This document shows positions 57,238 through 64,000 of a stretch of DNA of 64,000 bases, piece after piece. The translations under genes and the position numbers were made by a program. Positions within the stretch are counted from its first letter, which is position 1. Every line of letters begins with the position of its first letter. The DNA is from an uncultured Melioribacter sp. (GTDB lineage Bacteria; Bacteroidota; Ignavibacteria; Kapaibacteriales; Kapaibacteriaceae). Under the pieces are notes generated by a model. It saw only the letters and a program-made list of their open reading frames with translations. It made no database searches and had not been told where the DNA came from. Location: the NCBI GenBank assembly GCA_964432155.1, contig CAYSMF010000009.1, positions 4,106 to 68,105 on the forward strand, given 5' to 3'.

Positions 57238-57651
57238 TTATCCAGCGGTGATAAACTTGCTCTCGAGCTTGTGCATTGCTGCGCGGTCCTCGAGTGTCGC
57301 ATCATCGTATCCAAGCAGATGCAACGCTCCATGGACAGCAAGCCGACAGAGTTCATTGACGACGGTCACGCCGTATTCGTTTGCTTGACGTCTGGCCGTC
57401 TCCAAAGAGACGTAGATTTCGCCGTACAACGGTTGCTCGTCGAGTGGGAATGTGATTACGTCGGTTGCGTAATCATGCTGGAGGTATTGCTTGTTGAGTG
57501 TCCGAATGCGACGATCGGAGAGCAGAATGATGTCAATGTTCGCGTGCTTGACCTTGTGCGACTTCAAGCAAGCGTCAACAGAGGCAATCATTTCGGCGCG
57601 TCCACGATAGCGCGCTCCAGAGGCATTGGTGATGCGTACAGTACGTGCCAT
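57238..57651 (-). CDS. ybeY: Endoribonuclease YbeY (rRNA maturation factor)
   Basis: ATG start. Zinc-binding HGALHLLGYDD (H-x3-H-x5-H-like) motif. 137 aa. Confidence 0.85.
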   Translation of the reverse strand: MARTVRITNASGARYRGRAEMIASVDACLKSHKVKHANIDIILLSDRRIRTLNKQYLQHDYATDVITFPLDEQPLYGEIYVSLETARRQANEYGVTVVNELCRLAVHGALHLLGYDDATLEDRAAMHKLESKFITAG

Positions 57652-57652
57652 G

Positions 57653-58078
57653 TTATCCTTCTAGGAGTCCGTCAGCCAACGACAGCTGCAATGCAGCTAG
57701 GAGCGCTGCTGGATTGATCTCGGTAAGGTCTGCGCGCAACAGCGACGCATGAATGTTCGCGAACTGCGAAACGGTTCCGGTGCGTCCGACCACAAGACTC
57801 GAAAAGCGGCCCTGATGCGTGGCGAGGAACATCACCTCGTCAGGCTCAATCGACAGAATGCCCGTCACATTGTGCATCTCTACATAGCCTTGGGGCGTCT
57901 GTGCTGTGACAATCGTACACGCTTCGCCATCAATCACAACATCTGTTGTGATGGTCATGACAAACGCACGCGCACCATTCGGAGCGTCAATGTTCCAGGT
58001 CCACGACGATGGTGTCGCGTGTGCTGGAGCACCTAGCCGCTGCGTGCATAGATCGATGTGCGATGGGCCTACAATCAT
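57653..58078 (-). CDS. Hypothetical protein (141 aa)
   Basis: ATG start, tightly packed between ybeY (2-nt gap) and the desaturase-like gene (10-nt gap). Coding-like composition. No family recognised. Confidence 0.45.
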   Translation of the reverse strand: MIVGPSHIDLCTQRLGAPAHATPSSWTWNIDAPNGARAFVMTITTDVVIDGEACTIVTAQTPQGYVEMHNVTGILSIEPDEVMFLATHQGRFSSLVVGRTGTVSQFANIHASLLRADLTEINPAALLAALQLSLADGLLEG

Positions 58079-58087
58079 GACGGAAAA

Positions 58088-58771
58088 CTACGAAATCCCG
58101 TTGTCCTTTACCTTCCAGAGTTGCCACCATGGAGTTCCAGGCGAAACATGGTGCTCGGTGTGATAGCCGAAGAAGTAGCACGAGAGTAGCGCCCAGAGGT
58201 GATTCGCACGCTGTGATCGTGCATTGTGCGGCATGCCATTGCTATGGGGCTTCCGATGCGGACGATAGGTGCCGAAATAGAAGAGCTGGAACGATCCCAT
58301 AAATGCGGGCACAATCCAGAACCACCAGAGCGACACCGCAGGAACCCAGACGTTCAGCACATTGTACGCCGTGCCCATGACAATGATTTGCCATACCGTT
58401 GCGTAGCGCCACATAAACGTGAGATACCACACGATCAGATTGTTCGACCGGTGATAATCAGGATCGTCATTGTCATCTGCCGGATGCGCATGATGTAAGT
58501 GGTGATTCACCACCAAGCGCGGATACCAGAGTCCAGCATAGAGGAACGCGGCAATGCTGCCAACAACCGTGTTCACACGCTCATGCCCAGGCGCTACAGT
58601 TCCATGGATGGCGTCGTGCGCCGTGATAAACAACCCGGTCGAGAGATATGCCTGCAGGGCAACGTGCACATACGTCAGGGGGCTTGTAGCATCCACTGCA
58701 ACGTGCATCAGCACGTACGTGAGATGCGCGATCCATGATGCACAGATAACAAGAGCGAGAAGTAGACCCAT
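58088..58771 (-). CDS. Membrane fatty-acid-desaturase-family di-iron enzyme, beta-carotene ketolase (CrtW)-like
   Basis: ATG 58771 (MGLLLALVICASW..; the track ORF adds 111 unlikely codons). Three His boxes HDAIHG, HHLHHAHP, HTEHHVSP in a 4-TM scaffold. 227 aa. Confidence 0.7.
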   Translation of the reverse strand: MGLLLALVICASWIAHLTYVLMHVAVDATSPLTYVHVALQAYLSTGLFITAHDAIHGTVAPGHERVNTVVGSIAAFLYAGLWYPRLVVNHHLHHAHPADDNDDPDYHRSNNLIVWYLTFMWRYATVWQIIVMGTAYNVLNVWVPAVSLWWFWIVPAFMGSFQLFYFGTYRPHRKPHSNGMPHNARSQRANHLWALLSCYFFGYHTEHHVSPGTPWWQLWKVKDNGIS

Positions 58772-58813
58772 GAAGTGCAATATGCAGGTTGTAAGTTCGT
58801 ACGACAACGCCGT

Positions 58814-60076
58814 ATGAAAACTCTTCGTTCCATCCTCGTTCTGCTGATCCTTGCGCCTGCATTGGCGTTCGGACAGAAACTCATGATCCACATGGATCTT
58901 GAGCAGACGAATCATTTGAAGGCCTACGGCATTGTTTACTGGATCCTCACCAAGGATCAACCCGTTGACTGGCTCTTGAATTACCGCGGTGGCTCGTTTA
59001 TGACCGACTATACGGAGGCGATCGCTGCTGAGTGTCGTATTCGAGGCGTTGCGTTCGAGTCGCTCGATGGAGCAACCGCAGCTGGTGTCTACTCGTCGGT
59101 TCAATCAGAGAAGAGCAACACCGAGGTGGTGCGTCTCGAAAAGCCTCCAAAGATTGCCGTATACGCACCTCCCGGATTTCGTCCATGGGACGATGCGGTG
59201 ACACTGGTGATGGAATACGCCGAGGTGAAGTACGAAAAGCTGTGGGATGAAGAAGTGATGCGTGGCAAACTCTCGGAGTTTGATTGGCTACACCTGCATC
59301 ACGAAGACTTTACAGGACAGCATGGGAAGTTCTACGCAAGCTCTGCGGGTGAGTCGTGGTATATCCAACAAGTTGCCTTGCTCGAGAAAACCGCACGCAA
59401 GCTCGGGTTCCAAAAGGTGAGTGAGTTGAAGAAGGCAGTCGTCGAAAAGATTCGTGACTTCGTCGCTAACGGCGGGTTCATGTTCGCGATGTGCAGTGCG
59501 ACCGATACCTACGACGTAGCACTTGCAGCGGCGAACATCGACATTTGTGATGTGATCTACGATGGAGATCCTGCCGATCGTGAAGCAAATCAGAAACTCG
59601 ACTACTCCCGCACATTCGCGTTTGAGAATTTTAAGCTGGTGATGAATCCTCTGCAGTATGAATACAGCGACATCGACGTTGATGCGAACATGATCCTGCA
59701 GACGGAATCGAGTGACTACTTCACGCTCTTTGATTTCTCAGCGAAGTACGACCCTGTACCGACGATGCTCACGCAATGTCATGTCAATGTTGTGAAGGGC
59801 TTCCTTGGTCAGACAACTGCGTACCACAAGGGCATCATTAAGAAGTCAGTGACGGTCCTTGCCGAACGCGATGGGACGGACCAAGTGCGGTACATCCACG
59901 GCAATGTTGGACGTGGCACGTTTACGTGGTACGGAGGGCATGATCCTGAGGATTATAGGCATGCCGTTGGTGACCCACCCACAGATCTGGCGCTGCATCC
60001 AACATCACCGGGTTACCGTCTGATCTTGAATAACATCCTGTTTCCTGCCGCAAAAAAAAAGAAGCAGAAGACGTAG
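58814..60076 (+). CDS. Secreted protein, possibly class-I glutamine-amidotransferase-like (ThuA/DJ-1 superfamily) fold
   Basis: ATG 58814. SP MKTLRSILVLLILAPALAFGQ. Putative nucleophile elbow FMFAMCSATD and LHLHHEDFTG motif. Fold assignment is tentative. Confidence 0.45.
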   Translation: MKTLRSILVLLILAPALAFGQKLMIHMDLEQTNHLKAYGIVYWILTKDQPVDWLLNYRGGSFMTDYTEAIAAECRIRGVAFESLDGATAAGVYSSVQSEKSNTEVVRLEKPPKIAVYAPPGFRPWDDAVTLVMEYAEVKYEKLWDEEVMRGKLSEFDWLHLHHEDFTGQHGKFYASSAGESWYIQQVALLEKTARKLGFQKVSELKKAVVEKIRDFVANGGFMFAMCSATDTYDVALAAANIDICDVIYDGDPADREANQKLDYSRTFAFENFKLVMNPLQYEYSDIDVDANMILQTESSDYFTLFDFSAKYDPVPTMLTQCHVNVVKGFLGQTTAYHKGIIKKSVTVLAERDGTDQVRYIHGNVGRGTFTWYGGHDPEDYRHAVGDPPTDLALHPTSPGYRLILNNILFPAAKKKKQKT

Positions 60077-60108
60077 AGGTTCGCGCCGGCTATTGACTGC
60101 CGCTGCGG

Positions 60109-61266
60109 TTATTCACCGCGTTGGACCATCGCCCCGAGTACGGCTGGTGCACCTTGCACAAGGATGTCCTCGGTTGTAATCCACGCCGGCTCTCCGATGA
60201 TCTCGGCCGCACCGTTTCCTATACTTCCGATCTGCACCTGACGTCGAACACAGGCGTTTGGAGTGCCGGTGAAGATCCACGACTTGCCCTCGAACTGCAC
60301 AACGGCATGCTCTGGCACAACCCACGACATGCGCGGTTCGGACTGTACCACTGCGGTGAGCGTTGTACCTGGAACGATCGTCGGATCTGGTTGGCGCAGA
60401 TGGGCATGCACAGCAACGGTGCGATCTGGACGCACGTCCTTGCCGATCAGGTGGATGAAGGCTTCACGCTGCACTTGTGGTGCATCTGTGAGCGAGACCA
60501 GCACCGATTGGTCGACGCGGAGCTTCTGAATGTCACGCTCGTATACTGAGAGCTCGATATGCATGTGTGATGGGTCGACGAGTTCCAGCATCACTGTGTT
60601 CGGTGAAGCAAACACGCCGTTGTTCACGCGAACACTCGTGACATATCCACTGATCGGCGCAGGAACCTTGATCGAGCGGGAGATCGATCCAACGGTGAGC
60701 GTGCGTGCGTTGATATGCACAAGCGCAAGCTGCTCGGAGAGTGCTTTGTATTTGGCGCGGAGTGTTTGCACGTCGGACGACGCCGCTTCGAGTCGTTTGC
60801 GTGCTGTGATTGAATCAGTCGACAATCGCGATTGACGTGTAAACTCTTTCTCCGCGAGTTCGAGCTGCGCCCCTGTAGCAAGGTATTCCTGCTGAAGTCG
60901 AATGAACTCTGGATTCTCGAGAGAGAGAAGCGTTTGTCCTTTTCGCACCTGCGAACCAGGCAGTACTGACAGATTCGTTACGGTACCACCGTACGGATTC
61001 GTGATCGAAAAGGCATACTGTGGTGGTACGTGTACCATACCCGAAACACGAAGCGCCGTCGATTGTGCTGCCTTTTGAGCCTTGGCAAACACGAGGTTCG
61101 CATGCGTGCGTTGTTCGCTCGTGAGTCGCACGGTGTCGCCGTGTACCTCAGCGGCAGGTGCAGCTTGTTGTTCAGGAGTTTGTGTACACGAGATTACCGT
61201 GCTCCACACAAGTGCAATGATGCATAGCGTGCGGAACGAGCTGTGAAATGAGATGTGCGAGATCAT
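60109..61266 (-). CDS. Efflux RND transporter periplasmic adaptor subunit (membrane fusion protein)
   Basis: ATG overlaps the upstream OMP stop (ATGA). Lipoyl/beta-barrel MFP motifs (..GQTLLSLENPEFIRLQQEYL..; ..GYVTSVRVNNGVF..). Confidence 0.85.
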   Translation of the reverse strand: MISHISFHSSFRTLCIIALVWSTVISCTQTPEQQAAPAAEVHGDTVRLTSEQRTHANLVFAKAQKAAQSTALRVSGMVHVPPQYAFSITNPYGGTVTNLSVLPGSQVRKGQTLLSLENPEFIRLQQEYLATGAQLELAEKEFTRQSRLSTDSITARKRLEAASSDVQTLRAKYKALSEQLALVHINARTLTVGSISRSIKVPAPISGYVTSVRVNNGVFASPNTVMLELVDPSHMHIELSVYERDIQKLRVDQSVLVSLTDAPQVQREAFIHLIGKDVRPDRTVAVHAHLRQPDPTIVPGTTLTAVVQSEPRMSWVVPEHAVVQFEGKSWIFTGTPNACVRRQVQIGSIGNGAAEIIGEPAWITTEDILVQGAPAVLGAMVQRGE

Positions 61267-62516
61267 TGGATACCCAAGAGATAGTCGTAGGAAGTGGTGA
61301 GATCAAAGAGTGCCTTGCGTGCTTGCGCATCCATCATGCGCACAGAGAGCAATCGCACGAGGGCTGTTTGAACATCGAGCCAATCAACGTCACCTTGTTG
61401 ATAGGCTGTTTGCATCGCGCTTGCAAGACGAATCGCCTCGGGTAGTGCTGTTGAGCGGTAGTGCTCGACTGCATTTCGTGACACGGTGATTTCTTGTGAA
61501 AGCTGCTGCTGCCATGCTCCAACGAGACGCTCCTCATGTGATGCACGTTGCGCAGCTAGGTCCCGTTGGAGCGATGCGGCTTGATCGCGCGCGTGCGTTG
61601 GGAGAAACCACAGCGGCACGGCCATGCCAACCATGAAGCCAGTGAATCGCTGTGATGACGAGGCCACCTGTCCGGGCTGCGCCAGAGGAATGCCGGCAAG
61701 CGTCTGTGTGAAAAACGACACCGAGAAATCTGGCCAGTATGATGCTGATGTCACATTCGCTTGCTCATCAGCAACACGTGCTCGCTGCGAGGCGAGTTCC
61801 ATTCGCAATGGAACGCGTGGAGTAACACCCCCTATAGTTGCTCGTTGTGGTACAACAGAGTCGACTGTTGTAATCAGGCGTGATGTACCACAGAGGATAC
61901 GGAGTTGGAGCTCGGCACGTCGGAGTTCCGATGCGGCCTGCAAGCGTTGCACGCGAATGTCTGAGCGTTGCGCCTCTGCCGCTCGGCGATCAAGCGCTGA
62001 TGCATCGCCTGTTGTCTCGCGAAGCGACGCAGCCGATACAGCACGATCGAGAAGTGCTTCATGCTGCATGTAGATCGCAACACGCTCGCGGGTAACGCAC
62101 ACCTCTGCATACGCCTGTGCTACGTCGCGTCGCAGTCTGGCATCGATGTCCATGCGAGCGAGCTGAGCCTCACGCAGCGAAGCATCGTTGTAGGCCGATG
62201 CCGCAAGTGCTTTGAAGGGATTGGGAAGTGGCTGCGTGATCGTCAGGTTGTTATCGTTGAGATACGAATTATACTGTCCGCCCATAAACGTCACCGACGT
62301 TGGCGCTATGTCGACCGATGTCGATCGAAGAACATCGGCCTCGCGCTCGGCCGTGAGGGCGGCATATCGATCGATGTTGGATGTCCGTGCCAAGGCGATA
62401 GCTGAATCAAGCGAGATCGGCTCGAGTGTGTCGCGCTCGGCGTAGACTGGTGACGATAGGAGAACGAGGAGAAGTGCTGATGCTGCGGTTGAGACAAGAT
62501 GCTTTCGTCGTTGCAT
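61263..62516 (-). CDS. Outer-membrane efflux protein (TolC/CzcC-like)
   Basis: ATG 62516 with its own SP MQRRKHLVSTAASALLLVLLSSPVYA. Two-repeat TolC-like coiled-coil architecture. Lies in frame with, and not separated by a stop from, the upstream RND gene. Confidence 0.8.
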   Translation of the reverse strand: MQRRKHLVSTAASALLLVLLSSPVYAERDTLEPISLDSAIALARTSNIDRYAALTAEREADVLRSTSVDIAPTSVTFMGGQYNSYLNDNNLTITQPLPNPFKALAASAYNDASLREAQLARMDIDARLRRDVAQAYAEVCVTRERVAIYMQHEALLDRAVSAASLRETTGDASALDRRAAEAQRSDIRVQRLQAASELRRAELQLRILCGTSRLITTVDSVVPQRATIGGVTPRVPLRMELASQRARVADEQANVTSASYWPDFSVSFFTQTLAGIPLAQPGQVASSSQRFTGFMVGMAVPLWFLPTHARDQAASLQRDLAAQRASHEERLVGAWQQQLSQEITVSRNAVEHYRSTALPEAIRLASAMQTAYQQGDVDWLDVQTALVRLLSVRMMDAQARKALFDLTTSYDYLLGIQ

Positions 62517-64000
62517 CGAACTCACAACGACATACAACGTTGGCAAGACGAGCAACGTGAGCATGGTTGCCGTAATTAGTCCGCCGATCACAACGGTTGC
62601 GAGTGGACGTTGAACTTCCGATCCGTCGCCAGTTGAGAGTGCCATAGGTAAGAAGCCAAGCGAGGCAACCATAGCGGTCATCGCAACAGGACGGAGTCGT
62701 GACTGAGTTGCCATGACCACGATCCGAAGTGTGTTTGTGTGGCCCGACGCACGCAATGCTCGGAACGCGCTCAGGAGCACAATGCCATTGAGCACGGCAA
62801 CGCCGAAGAGGGCGATAAAGCCGACACCAGCTGAGATACTGAATGGCATGCCACGAAGCAGAAGTGCCGCAACGCCACCAATGGCCGAGAGAGGAACAGC
62901 TGAAAAGATCAGTAGGGCATCAATGATGTTATGGAACGTCAGGTAGAGAAGGAACAGGATCAGCACAAGCGCAATCGGAACAGCAATTGCGAGACGTTGC
63001 TTTGCCGCAGCGAGGTTTTCAAACTGTCCGCCATAGGTGATGTAATAGCCTGGAGGAAGATTGATAGACTTCGCAACATGTGATTCAAGTTCGTTTACAA
63101 TACTTTCAACGTCACGGCCACGCACATTAAAGCCGACAGTGATGCGACGTTGTGCGTTCTCACGTTGAATTTGATTTGGACCTAGTGCGATGGAGATCGC
63201 TGCCACTTGTGTGATGGGAACGAGCTCATTTGTACGATTTGGCACCATGAGTTGCGCAACGTCCTCAGGGTCATGCCGGTAGGCCGTATCGAGACGCAGC
63301 ACGATGTCGAAGCGGCGTTCATTGTTGTACAGTGTTCCGGCTACTGCTCCGGCAAACGCAGCGCGCACAGTTGTGTTGATGGTTTCAACATCGACACCCA
63401 GGCGAGCACATGCTTGCCGGTCGATTGCAACGGTGATCTGCGGCAGACCTTGCACAGGTTCGACGTAGACATCGGCAGCCCCTTGAACAGTTGAAGCACG
63501 ACCGCCGATGCGTTGTGCGATTGTCGCAAGAGAGTCCATGTCTTCGCCGAAAATCTTCACAACGACATCTTGTCGTGCACCAGTCATCAACTCGTTAAAG
63601 CGCATCTGAATTGGTTGTTGGAAGCCGAACGTCACACCTGGTAGTACTGCGAGTGCGGACTGCATCTTCTCGGCGAGTTCTTCGCGTGAATGTGCCGATG
63701 TCCACTGATCTTTGTCCTTCAGCACAACAATCAAATCACCTGACTCCATCGGCATCGGGTCGAGAGGTATCTCTGACGTGCCGATCTTTCCAATCACACG
63801 TTCCACTTCAGGGAATTGCGTTTCGAGTATTCGTGCGGCGCGTTCTGCCGTTGCGATTGTTTCTGTGAGTGATGTGCCCGTCATCAGGCGCATTTCAACA
63901 GCAAAGTCGCCCTCGTCGAGTTGCGGCAGAAACTCGCCACCCATCGAGAGGAACGTCACAACACCAGCAACAAACACGACTGCAGTACCACCAAGTGTTG
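62517..64000 (-). CDS. RND efflux permease, heavy-metal-efflux (CzcA/CusA)-like, C-terminal half (gene continues beyond window end)
   Basis: Frame open to position 64000. Typical RND TM8-TM12 and periplasmic loop sequences (..FSAVPLSAIGGVAALLLRGMPFSISAGVGFIALFGVAVLNGIVL..TMLTLLVLPTLYVVV). No stop codon before the downstream OMP start. Confidence 0.85.

Noticed and set aside
1-64000. Searched for CRISPR arrays, integrase/transposase genes, rRNA, tmRNA, RNase P RNA, riboswitches upstream of purN/purM/queE/panC, and defence-system hallmarks.
   Set aside because: No regularly spaced repeat arrays. No recombinase-like ORFs. No intergenic gap is large enough (maximum about 260 bp) for tmRNA or RNase P RNA. 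Biosynthetic genes sit directly after other genes with no leader, so riboswitches are unlikely. None of the hypothetical proteins carries nuclease/ATPase defence hallmarks.

Overview
This is a 64-kb chromosomal window that is gene-dense (about 90% coding) and has roughly 57% GC. The gene content points to a member of the Bacteroidota/Chlorobi/Ignavibacteria-type (FCB) lineage. Three secreted proteins end in type-IX-secretion (T9SS) C-terminal sorting domains, there is a short 287-aa RpoD, and a small Bacteroidetes-type histone-H1-like gene that the ORF track misses because it is under 60 codons. Many genes use GTG or TTG starts and overlap their neighbours by start/stop codons. Most of the window is housekeeping: purN, purM, recQ, recG, mpl, trmD, rimM, rpoD, a C-terminal S41 protease, glyQS, dsbD, panC, queE, ftsQ-ftsA-ftsZ, speB-like agmatinase, dapD, a DEAD-box helicase, a eukaryote-type NADP isocitrate dehydrogenase, ybeY, tRNA-Ser(TGA) and tRNA-Arg(CCT). 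The accessory or unusual content is as follows. (1) Two giant T9SS cargo proteins (1569 aa, unknown function; 1414 aa, S8 subtilase with FG-GAP and Ca-binding repeats) and a BNR beta-propeller cargo. (2) A tightly coupled, eukaryote-like 3-hydroxyanthranilate 3,4-dioxygenase plus ACMS decarboxylase pair (kynurenine-pathway branch point), which lies downstream of the SDR and ftsQAZ genes in window coordinates and immediately 5' of tRNA-Ser on the minus strand (tRNA-Ser is downstream of the pair in its own transcription direction). (3) A partial RND efflux operon (RND-OMP-MFP) at the window end in which the RND permease and the outer-membrane factor are in one continuous reading frame with no stop codon. 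(4) An interlocked direct/inverted repeat array next to tRNA-Arg. (5) A DUF1801 protein with a roughly 200-aa highly charged RG/D/E-rich low-complexity N-terminal extension. (6) A DUF1446 (AtuA-like) / OMP / GT2 cluster whose glycosyltransferase lacks a canonical start codon. I found no CRISPR array, no integrase or transposase, no rRNA, and no recognisable defence or biosynthetic gene cluster. I cannot point to a convincing novel multi-gene system; the findings below are the best candidates for a second look.
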